This document shows, piece by piece, positions 17,268 to 25,305 of a DNA stretch of 32,000 nucleotides. Source of the stretch: Candidatus Thorarchaeota archaeon (GTDB lineage Archaea > Asgardarchaeota > Thorarchaeia > Thorarchaeales > Thorarchaeaceae); contig SHMX01000005.1 in NCBI GenBank assembly GCA_008080745.1, positions 192,847 through 224,846 on the forward strand, given 5' to 3'. Position 1 is the first letter of the stretch. Each line of letters starts with the position of its first letter. The position numbers and the translations under genes were made by a program. The notes beneath the pieces were generated by a model. That model saw nothing but the letters and a program-made list of their open reading frames with translations, was not told the origin of the DNA and did not search any database.

Positions 17268-18059
17268 ATGCCATACTTTGAGTACAATGGATTGAAGTTA
17301 CATTATCTTGACGTTGATGAACGAGAAGACAAATACAATGGTATACCAATGGTGTTGGTCCATGGAGCTGGTTCCTATCATGTCATTTGGACTCTACAGA
17401 TTGAGGAGTTTGCAAAAAGTCATCGAGTCATTGCCTTAGACTTATCTAACCACGGCTTATCCGATGATAATGATGATCCCGCTGATATTCACGACTATGC
17501 CAAAGAAGTTGCAGCTCTTGTCCGTCATGTAGGTCTAGATAAGTATGTACTTGTTGGTCATAGTATGGGTGGTGGTGTTGTGATGTCGTATGGTCTGCAA
17601 CAAGACCTACCCCAACCAACCGCTATGGTGTTGGTTAGTACTCGACCCGACCTGAAGATTCGTAATCTAGCTGTGGGTTTAGTCATAGAGGCAGTTGAGG
17701 ACACATTCAATCTTCTGCGAGGACGAATCTCCAAACACAAGACTCGTGAATACGAGATTCGATCTCTTGAGGGAGAGATGAAGGAGAAGCGACCAAAAAT
17801 GATGTCACGGGATCTAAAGGCCTGTGATATATTTGATGTGACCGAGCAACTTTCTGAGATTCAAGTTCCAATCCTTGTTGTATGTGGTGATGAGGATAAT
17901 ATCATGCCACTTGATGAAGTAGAAGAATACGAGGTACTGTTCCCAGATGCTGAAATTATGGTTGTTAACAAGTCTGATCACAATCCCATGGTGGAACAGC
18001 CAGAGCAGTTCAATCAGATTTTAGCAGATTTTCTTAAATTGGTGGAATCTGAAATATAA
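17268..18059 (+). CDS. Alpha/beta-fold hydrolase
   Basis: LVHGAG oxyanion motif, nucleophile GHSMGG, GDED and SDHNP (Ser-Asp-His triad). Start set at MPYFEY. Confidence 0.9.
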   Translation: MPYFEYNGLKLHYLDVDEREDKYNGIPMVLVHGAGSYHVIWTLQIEEFAKSHRVIALDLSNHGLSDDNDDPADIHDYAKEVAALVRHVGLDKYVLVGHSMGGGVVMSYGLQQDLPQPTAMVLVSTRPDLKIRNLAVGLVIEAVEDTFNLLRGRISKHKTREYEIRSLEGEMKEKRPKMMSRDLKACDIFDVTEQLSEIQVPILVVCGDEDNIMPLDEVEEYEVLFPDAEIMVVNKSDHNPMVEQPEQFNQILADFLKLVESEI

Positions 18060-18210
18060 TACACAAGTTTGTATTAAGCTCGCGAAAGCTTATTAGTTGC
18101 TGTCCCTTCTAAAATCGCTGGAGAACACTTGCCAATTCCTAAGGATTCGGCTCTTGTGTTTGTGGATATAGCTTTCATCCGTCCAACCAATAATTAAACG
18201 AGGCGTTCAC

Positions 18211-18753
18211 GTGAGTAGTAGCTATGATTTCCTGTTCAAGGTAGTGGTGCTAGGGGAAGGCGCAGTGGGTAAGACTGCTATTGTTACACGCTTCTCTCAT
18301 GGTTTCTTCCGTACCGATTACAAGACTACTATTGGTTCTCAATTTGCAGTCAAGAATCTAGAGATTCCTAGTGGGAAAAATGATTCCCTTACAGTGAAAT
18401 TGCAAATATGGGATGTTGCAGGCCAGTCTCGTTTTCAAATCCTACGTCCCATGTATTACCGTGGGTCCAGTGGTGGTATCCTTGTCTATGATGTGAGCCG
18501 ACGGAGGACCTTCATTGTCCTTGAGGAATGGCTAGAAGAGTTAGAAAAGGCTCTTGGTAAGAAGATTCCTCTGGTACTTGTTGCCAACAAGACTGACTTA
18601 CCTGATCGTGTTGTTGATCCTGCAGAAGGTAAGGAATTTGCAGAACGTCACGATATGCCTTATGTCGAATCAAGCGCAAAGACGGGACAGGGGATAGTGG
18701 ATATCTTCGAGCAACTGGCTAAGACTCTTGTTGAAGAACGAACTACAGAATGA
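18211..18753 (+). CDS. Rab-like small GTPase (eukaryotic signature protein), no C-terminal prenylation Cys
   Basis: G1 GEGAVGKT, G2 KTTIG, G3 WDVAGQ, G4 NKTD, G5 SAK. RabF-like IGSQF, KLQIW, RFQILR, YYRGS, LVYDVS. Confidence 0.93.
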   Translation: MSSSYDFLFKVVVLGEGAVGKTAIVTRFSHGFFRTDYKTTIGSQFAVKNLEIPSGKNDSLTVKLQIWDVAGQSRFQILRPMYYRGSSGGILVYDVSRRRTFIVLEEWLEELEKALGKKIPLVLVANKTDLPDRVVDPAEGKEFAERHDMPYVESSAKTGQGIVDIFEQLAKTLVEERTTE

Positions 18754-18895
18754 GTCTAGGATTGTAACAATTCTGATTGCAAATCTTTTCATATTAATTG
18801 ATACTGTTTTAGACAGGATGCTTTCTCGGATATCTGCGTGCTTTCATGTTGTGCCCTAACTCATATCAGGGAGTTATGCTTATGCAATATCGAAA

Positions 18896-19477
18896 ATGAC
18901 AAATCCTGATGAGTACTATCCGGTAAACACTCTTCCCGCCTTGGCATGGGCACTAAATCTCTACTTCAAAAAGGGTGCTCCTTTCAAAGAATCCCGAATC
19001 ATCGAAATGATTCTTCCTGCTGATAAGCACAAAGAGAAACTAAAGACGAAAGCTGTCCATGAGATTGCTGTCTGGATTGCAGATAAGCAGGTCTATGCCA
19101 GAGCAAGATGCCCGTACGATAAAAAATGTAGTTTCAATTCCGAACGAATTCTTGCAAAGAATCGGGAGGAACTCAAATCCCTTCCATGGGATAAGATTGA
19201 TCAGACAAAGTATTACCCAATACTCCGAAAATGGCTCTTGGCATTAGATTTTGACTATATCACTCTTATCAGAGCCTTGGCTGTTGTATGCGATAAAAAG
19301 GTCCAATTACCTCTTGAAACTAAATATGGGCGAACATTCAAAAAATTCAACGAATATCGAAGCTACAGGTTTCCTGAGGATGCAAAACCGGATAATATGC
19401 CTCGTTTCTTGGAAGAGGTTCTTGTCAGAGTGGGCTTTTGGATTCAATCGGCTGCTGAAGTGGATGCTCTCAAGTAG
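18896..19477 (+). CDS. Hypothetical basic protein
   Basis: 193-aa ORF with protein-like composition, same strand as the GTPase. No recognisable motif. Confidence 0.7.
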   Translation: MTNPDEYYPVNTLPALAWALNLYFKKGAPFKESRIIEMILPADKHKEKLKTKAVHEIAVWIADKQVYARARCPYDKKCSFNSERILAKNREELKSLPWDKIDQTKYYPILRKWLLALDFDYITLIRALAVVCDKKVQLPLETKYGRTFKKFNEYRSYRFPEDAKPDNMPRFLEEVLVRVGFWIQSAAEVDALK

Positions 19478-19514
19478 ATATCAGATATACTCAACAGGAT
19501 ATTTTGAAATATAT

Positions 19515-19535
19515 AGTGGGGGAGGGTCCCCCACT
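19515..19535. terminator. Perfect GC-rich hairpin downstream of the 193-aa gene
   Basis: AGTGGGGGA-GGG-TCCCCCACT (9-bp stem). Confidence 0.45.
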
Positions 19536-19891
19536 CACACAAAATTTTCGTTACCTCAAAGATTGTTACTAGTTAATTTCGAACTCCAAGTATACTATAT
19601 TTTCAGACAATATAAAGGAGATATTCAGAAGATAAACCAACAGAACCGTGCCTGGGAGGCTCTAGGGTCATTATACAGGGGATATAAATATGTAATGTGA
19701 CCATAACAATAGTTGACGGTAACAAACATTAACTTTTTTTCAATCTCACTATTATTATGTTTCCACAGATTTACTTGGTTACAATCAAAACTTCAAATTA
19801 TTTGAAATACTGACTCAGAAAGTACGAGATGATTACTTAATACTGATTTTTCATTAATTGTTAATGCCACCACTTCAAAAAAATAGAGATG

Positions 19892-19947
19892 CCGTGAACC
19901 CAATGGTTCACGGTTGTATTTGTTACCAAGGTGGATCCTCAGGATCC
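19892..19947. promoter_or_regulatory. Two palindromes, putative operator sites upstream of the CARF-wHTH gene
   Basis: CCGTGAACC-caat-GGTTCACGG (19892-19913) and GGATCCT-c-AGGATCC (19933-19947). Confidence 0.4.
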
Positions 19948-20098
19948 CCGGGTGAGTTCCTTAACTTCATGTTAATCAAGGAACTACATCTCTCGAAAAC
20001 AGAGGAAACAGTGAGTCCGAATTTCGTATGGTAGATCGATTGTTCGGATTATTTCGCTAATTTCGGAATTGTTTCCGAAGTCATATGGAGGGTGGAAT

Positions 20099-20788
20099 TT
20101 GAAACAAGCTGTACAGATCGTACCGTTAGAGTCTGAAAATGAAGCAATCATTCGTTCTTTGGTCTGGCAAAGACGATGCAACTATCTAGTTCTCGTCCAT
20201 GACCATGAATTACGTGAACTCGCTCTGAATATAAAGGGTGAATTCGATAGCTTGGCGGACACCACAACCTGTCAAGTACAACCTTTCGATTATCATGATA
20301 TTCTGGCCAATCTATTGGAGATAGCTCTGATATATCGTGATTATGATCTTCATTTCTCTCCATGCACAAAGAATCAGATCATGGTTGTAGCTTTTAGCAT
20401 GGCGGCTCAATTCTCCAATAGTAGGTTGCATTTGCTATCTCAACAATCCACCCACAGCAAACTGCCAGTTCAGATTCTTGACCTCACGCTTGTTACACGT
20501 CAGAAGCTTACCGAACCAAAAAAGAATATTCTTAAGCAGCTTCTAGATGAATGTGGTGGGCACGTTAAGTCGCTCAGAGAGTTAGGAACCCGTGCTGAAC
20601 TAGCTGCATCCTCTATCTCAGAACACATCCGTGATCTCATTGAAGCAGGATATGTGCAAGTTAAAAGAACGGGTAGAACAAAGACGACATGGATTACTCA
20701 ATTAGGTAAAGTCATTCTCCGTATCGCACAGCAATGGCAGGATAATGATATGACATGGGACGCAAAGAGATTTCATCAGATATGTTAG
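20099..20788 (+). CDS. CARF-like (Csa3/DUF6293-type) Rossmann domain + wHTH transcription regulator
   Basis: N-terminal VQIVPL..E....R / YLVLV / VQPFDY.DI / LHFS..K...V.AF.MAA pattern of a Rossmann-like CARF domain. C-terminal wHTH SLRELGTRAELAASSISEHIRDLIEAGYV..RTGRTK...ITQLG. TTG start after GGAGGGTGG SD. Confidence 0.65.
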   Translation: MKQAVQIVPLESENEAIIRSLVWQRRCNYLVLVHDHELRELALNIKGEFDSLADTTTCQVQPFDYHDILANLLEIALIYRDYDLHFSPCTKNQIMVVAFSMAAQFSNSRLHLLSQQSTHSKLPVQILDLTLVTRQKLTEPKKNILKQLLDECGGHVKSLRELGTRAELAASSISEHIRDLIEAGYVQVKRTGRTKTTWITQLGKVILRIAQQWQDNDMTWDAKRFHQIC

Positions 20789-22383
20789 AACGATGGCTAG
20801 AGGATATTCAGGACACAATAAAGCAACGATTCAATATCGCTACCAAAGCCCCTCCCAAAATCGTCGTTAAGGATGAACTTGAGAATAGTCTTGATTCTCT
20901 ATGGAATATAACGTTTGATGATAACATTGTAGAAATTCCTAAAATCATAGAAGACGATAAGCAATTCATCCGAGCGGTATTGGCACGAGAGTTATTCTTT
21001 CAATCAATTCAATCTCATGTAACCAATCATGAAGCAGCTTTTCACCTCTCAGCAGCATTTGCAATAGAATATCTAGATGATCCGTCTGACTGGTTCTCAA
21101 TCTGGGAGAACAAGTGTCCTCTAACAGCCACCTCTCGTCGGACTTGGTATTGTCCTTCGATGACTTTTCGACTTCTTCAAAAATTATCGGATGGAGATTA
21201 TCTAGATGAATTAATGGATTCTATTCTGTTGATGTCAAGGTATGGAATCAAGTTCTCTGATGAGGATTGGAAGCTGTTTTTACATAGATTCCTCAGAAAC
21301 TACTCCACACCGCTTACCTCTGCTGAAATTACAATAGTAGATGCACTGATGCGTAATCCCGATTCCACTAAAGCCGATATTGCCGAGCGTGCAAATATAT
21401 CTCCTGTTTGGGTCAGCACCCTAATTGCTGCAATGAAGAAACGTCACCAATTGCGAGAATTTGAGTCAATTGTGTTTTCAAGGGTTGGAATTCGTGTTTT
21501 TCAGATTGTTCTTGAACCCAAAAATGCGACACAAAACGACTGTGAAAAATCACTTCAATGGTGTCCTTACCTCTATACTTCTAATGCTATTGTGACTGGA
21601 AAACGAGGTCTTTTTGCTACCTTGGCGATTCCTGATAATCCCCAAAATATTCGTGACCTGCATAAATTCATTCAGATAGTGAAGCAGTCGGGTATTTTGA
21701 TCAATGTTTTTGAGCGAAACAGGTCTGCCAGAATATTCAATCTTGGTACCTACGAACCTAATGAAGGAATATGGAAAATCGATTGGAATGCCATATCTCT
21801 CGAGGCCGATTTATTACAACGGGATGAGTGGGCACCGGTCTTCCCTCTAGTTACTCAAGATGCTCCAAAACGGGCGAAATTGGACAAGCGAGATGTTCGC
21901 TTGCTCTCTGCTTTTCAGAAAGGATTTCGAACAATTCGTGAGTTACGTGCCGAAATCAGAGGTCGTTCGGCGGATATAACATCACGACTAAATCGTCTAC
22001 GGTCTGAAGATGTAATTCGTCGGATATGGGAGATTCATCATATTGGACTTAATGAGGGCGGACTAGTTGTTTCAAATGATTCCAAAACAAGTTCTATCTG
22101 TGCTGCTTTATCCCTTCGTTTACCGCTTGCATATGTTGATTTTGATACACAAGATAGATTGTTAATGCGGACCTTTCTTCCCCAAGGGGGAATCAATGGA
22201 TTTGCAAGATCTCTAGCAAACCTGAGTCCCCCTCCAGAAATACATGTTCTGGGACAACGATACCACGGTGCATATCGTATAGAGAAATGGATTGATGATT
22301 GGGACCCGGAAACTGCCGCATGGATGCCAACGAAGATTGATCGATCCGAATGGTTTGATTGTCTAGAAGCGCTTATTTCCTAG
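20782..22383 (+). CDS. Multi-domain regulator with two Lrp/AsnC-like HTH-RAM modules and an N-terminal unknown domain
   Basis: HTH1 LTSAEITIVDALMRNPDSTKADIAERANISPVWVSTLIAAM, Lrp linker FSRVGI; HTH2 LDKRDVRLL...TIRELRAEI...ITSRLNRL, HHIGL. ATG overlaps the upstream stop. Confidence 0.75.
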   Translation: MLERWLEDIQDTIKQRFNIATKAPPKIVVKDELENSLDSLWNITFDDNIVEIPKIIEDDKQFIRAVLARELFFQSIQSHVTNHEAAFHLSAAFAIEYLDDPSDWFSIWENKCPLTATSRRTWYCPSMTFRLLQKLSDGDYLDELMDSILLMSRYGIKFSDEDWKLFLHRFLRNYSTPLTSAEITIVDALMRNPDSTKADIAERANISPVWVSTLIAAMKKRHQLREFESIVFSRVGIRVFQIVLEPKNATQNDCEKSLQWCPYLYTSNAIVTGKRGLFATLAIPDNPQNIRDLHKFIQIVKQSGILINVFERNRSARIFNLGTYEPNEGIWKIDWNAISLEADLLQRDEWAPVFPLVTQDAPKRAKLDKRDVRLLSAFQKGFRTIRELRAEIRGRSADITSRLNRLRSEDVIRRIWEIHHIGLNEGGLVVSNDSKTSSICAALSLRLPLAYVDFDTQDRLLMRTFLPQGGINGFARSLANLSPPPEIHVLGQRYHGAYRIEKWIDDWDPETAAWMPTKIDRSEWFDCLEALIS

Positions 22384-22580
22384 ACTGGGGTCGCAAATAG
22401 CTCCCAAAAACTTGGACAATACTAGACAGAATCTGATAGGTGTTTATTTAGGCTTATACAGAATAAAGGTCTGGTTGAATGACACAGAATCCCTGACCAG
22501 GACAGAGGCAGTTCCAGTGCCGTTTCTGGGCGGACAAAGCTCTGGTGTCTACGTTTGTCCATGAAACAATGAACGGTGGA

Positions 22581-22603
22581 ATGGCAGTATTTTACACTGC
22601 CAT
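22581..22603. terminator. Hairpin downstream of the minus-strand Zn-ribbon genes
   Basis: ATGGCAGT-attttac-ACTGCCAT, 11 nt past the stop codon at 22615. Confidence 0.45.
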
Positions 22604-22614
22604 CTTATTCTGAT

Positions 22615-23595
22615 TTAGCTAGCAATCTCTTCTTCCTCTCCTAAGGTTACAGCCTTACGAAAGAATTGAAGGGCAAAGGCCAGCATTCCCAATCCAAATG
22701 TAGCACCAAATAATGTGGGGAATATTATATTTCCAAAAACGATAATTCCCAAGTAGACCAACACCAAGGCAATTCCTCCTCCAACTACAAGGTGAAGGAT
22801 TCCTCCGGTAAATACCATAGCTCGAAATGCAATCTTTCGTGGAAATGAAAGCGTGACGATTCTTCCTGATGCTCCGTCTATCATTGCATGATATGTGCGA
22901 ACAGAATATTTGTATCTGATATACCAAATAGGGATGTGAACCAGAAAGACTGCTGGTATGCTAAGATCTACATCAAACTCTTTGATTTCATCTACTTCCT
23001 CGTAGGCCTCAGCTCGAAGGATCTTATCCATCATCTTCTTAGCATCTATTATTGCAGTTTCACGTTCAACTTGGATAGGTTGTAGATTTCCCCGAGTTTC
23101 TAAGACAAGATCTTTGTCAAAATATTCCTTTCTCTTTGTGGGAATCATATAGGTCTCTAATTGTTCAGGAATATCTTTGGTTGCAGGAACAAAGATATCT
23201 TCCTCCATGTTAAATTTACCAGCTTCAGAAACCGTCTTCCATCCCATTTTTGTTAGCCCTGCGCTATCTCCAAAATTTGGTATCTTTTGTTCTCCTTTGT
23301 ATTCCCCTTTAGCCTCTACTTCCACTACCCAGAATGGCCAATACACAAGCTCGCTCTCAATAATCTCTGCCTTTTCTTCAATATCGTCAGGCGAGCCTAG
23401 TTGTTTTGCCGCCCAACTGAATGTCTTCTCACGTATGGCTTCGAGGTTGAATTGAAGCTTCATCAAATAACTCTCTTTGATTATTTCTCCAGTTCGTACC
23501 TGAACAGTTGTTCCGCAATATGAGCAGACAACGGTATTGCTTTGTTCTGGTATGTTAATGTTACCTGCACAATGAGGACAAGATATCTTACTCAT
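22615..23595 (-). CDS. Zn-ribbon protein with C-terminal two-TM anchor (paralogue 2)
   Basis: CPHC-x15-CSYC; YWPFW; VHIPIWYIRYKY....Y.A.IDGASGRIV; two C-terminal TM helices. Confidence 0.8.
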   Translation of the reverse strand: MSKISCPHCAGNINIPEQSNTVVCSYCGTTVQVRTGEIIKESYLMKLQFNLEAIREKTFSWAAKQLGSPDDIEEKAEIIESELVYWPFWVVEVEAKGEYKGEQKIPNFGDSAGLTKMGWKTVSEAGKFNMEEDIFVPATKDIPEQLETYMIPTKRKEYFDKDLVLETRGNLQPIQVERETAIIDAKKMMDKILRAEAYEEVDEIKEFDVDLSIPAVFLVHIPIWYIRYKYSVRTYHAMIDGASGRIVTLSFPRKIAFRAMVFTGGILHLVVGGGIALVLVYLGIIVFGNIIFPTLFGATFGLGMLAFALQFFRKAVTLGEEEEIAS

Positions 23596-24662
23596 GTTAT
23601 CATCTCTTTCACATCTTCTAGGGTAAAAGGCAGGTCTTCATCCTCACTCCTTTCCTCCCCTTCGGCATTAACTTGGATTTCATATTTTAGCACCCTAGCT
23701 ACCAATGCTACTGCAATAATGAATGCGGCAACACCGAGAACTAAAACCACTATGGGAATCAGCCATATCTCACCAGAATCGGAATTAGCCAGCAATGCAA
23801 AAAATATTGAATATGGTAGACTTTGAATTGCTATTGCTGAAACAATCAACATACCTACACTTCCAAACCATCTCAACAGACGATACCTCTTTGTCACAGG
23901 TAGTTCTCCCAGCACAACTTTTCCTGTTGCACCTGAGATAGCTACCCTAAATGTTCCATTTCGATAGTTGTACCGTACTAGCCAGTAGGGTGCATGAATG
24001 TAATCACAACTTTTGATATCCATGTCTAATCGGTAATCGAACAGATTTTCCATATTCTTCTTTAGCTCTTCTCTTTCCCTGCGAGTCTTCAAGAGATGAG
24101 CTCTTCGTTTTGCATCATTGGTTACTATTTCTGCATTGAGTACTGGAGCATTCTGAGTCAAATCGATTTCAAATTCTGCAATTTCCCCATCATCTAATGT
24201 TTGGATAAACTCCTGTATCCCAAAAGATGCTGCATATCGTCGTGCTAATACCCATTCGTTCTCTCGGGTTTGGTCTTTCCCCTCCATCTTCTTCCAGATT
24301 GTTTCATTACCTCTCTTGACCTTATCACCACCCAAGTGATACTTGATGCAGTCTGCATCAACCTTGAATGTGGGCATCCACTGAAGGATTGGTGTTCCAA
24401 TTTTGATATGTTTCATAATCCCTCTTCCAACCGTCTTGTCAGAAGCGAATGTGAGCCATGTTTTGACCTCCTTCTCGACATCCTTTGCTGATAAAGCATT
24501 CTTCAGTATGAGATGAGTTTTAACCTCTTCTCCTCCTACCTCAAAAGTATATCCACAATAAGGGCAGGTTGCAATAACATCATCTGCACCTAATGGGTAC
24601 GGGGCATTGCATTGCTGACAACGAAATTGAGCTATGCTCTTTGCCTTCTCTGTTGATTCCAT
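23592..24662 (-). CDS. Zn-ribbon protein with C-terminal two-TM anchor (paralogue 1)
   Basis: CQQC-x14-CPYC; WMPTF; IHAPYWLVRYNY....F...ISGATGKVV; two C-terminal TM helices. ATG 24662 with GGGAG SD; 4-nt overlap with the next gene. Confidence 0.8.
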   Translation of the reverse strand: MESTEKAKSIAQFRCQQCNAPYPLGADDVIATCPYCGYTFEVGGEEVKTHLILKNALSAKDVEKEVKTWLTFASDKTVGRGIMKHIKIGTPILQWMPTFKVDADCIKYHLGGDKVKRGNETIWKKMEGKDQTRENEWVLARRYAASFGIQEFIQTLDDGEIAEFEIDLTQNAPVLNAEIVTNDAKRRAHLLKTRREREELKKNMENLFDYRLDMDIKSCDYIHAPYWLVRYNYRNGTFRVAISGATGKVVLGELPVTKRYRLLRWFGSVGMLIVSAIAIQSLPYSIFFALLANSDSGEIWLIPIVVLVLGVAAFIIAVALVARVLKYEIQVNAEGEERSEDEDLPFTLEDVKEMIT

Positions 24663-24837
24663 ATTATCTCCCGCTATTATTATTCTCTTCTGAATGATTT
24701 TATCACCCATGAGTTGGTATTATGATAAATTCGACTCGAAATATCGTTCAGAACACAACTTCTTTAGTTCGGAACCTATAAAAGCTGTACGGCGTCTTTG
24801 GATAGCTTAGTAGACAATCTGAAGGCAGGTCAAAAAA

Positions 24838-25197
24838 ATGCAAATTCCGAAATTCTTGCTAAGAAAGCTCTATGTGAAAGGAAGCCTTGAGAATGCTGAT
24901 GACGGTTTCGTCTTCAAGATAAAGAACTCTCTCTCTGCGGGCACTGCTGTTGGTATGGCTCCTATCAAAGTGGATGGGACTGAATACCCTCTAGATGCAA
25001 CTGTTGTAAAGTCAGACGACACAGAAATCAAGGGCTCAGAAATATCAGAGAGCAACGCTTTTCCAATCAAAGTGGGTGTTGAGATTGCTATTCATGTCCA
25101 GTCGGACCCACTAGAAGAGGGCGAACACAAAATTGACATTTCTATTAAGACAAAAGAAGCTGGCAATCTAGCTTTCGATGTCAAAGATTCGATTTAG
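24838..25197 (+). CDS. Small beta-rich protein (LYVKGSL.N family; DUF6379-like beta-sandwich)
   Basis: MQIPKFLLRKLYVKGSLEN..DGF.F.IKN.L..GT pattern, recalled from small archaeal proteins. Function unknown. Confidence 0.7.
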   Translation: MQIPKFLLRKLYVKGSLENADDGFVFKIKNSLSAGTAVGMAPIKVDGTEYPLDATVVKSDDTEIKGSEISESNAFPIKVGVEIAIHVQSDPLEEGEHKIDISIKTKEAGNLAFDVKDSI

Positions 25198-25205
25198 AAT
25201 CAGTC

Positions 25206-25243
25206 CTGCAGGAGGATTCCCTTCTGCAGCCTCATTTTCTTTT
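25206..25243 (+). terminator. Intrinsic-terminator-like hairpin + T-rich tract
   Basis: CTGCAGGAGG-attc-CCTTCTGCAG (one G-U) followed by cctcattttctttt, 8 nt after the stop. Confidence 0.55.
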
Positions 25244-25305
25244 CAGAATGTTGCCTACAAAATAGTTTTGAGTGAGTAAAGCTCGTCATATATTGGTATT
25301 CAACG

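Noticed and set aside
19478-20098. Replication origin or mobile-element remnant in the AT-rich gap; ORF 19251..19700
   Set aside because: No ORB repeats, terminal inverted repeats or transposase fragments recognised. The ORF overlaps a better gene and is not protein-like.
22521-22532. GTTCCAGTG resembling the start of an archaeal ORB origin box
   Set aside because: No following GAAA/G-string, single copy only, and no orc1/cdc6 in the window.
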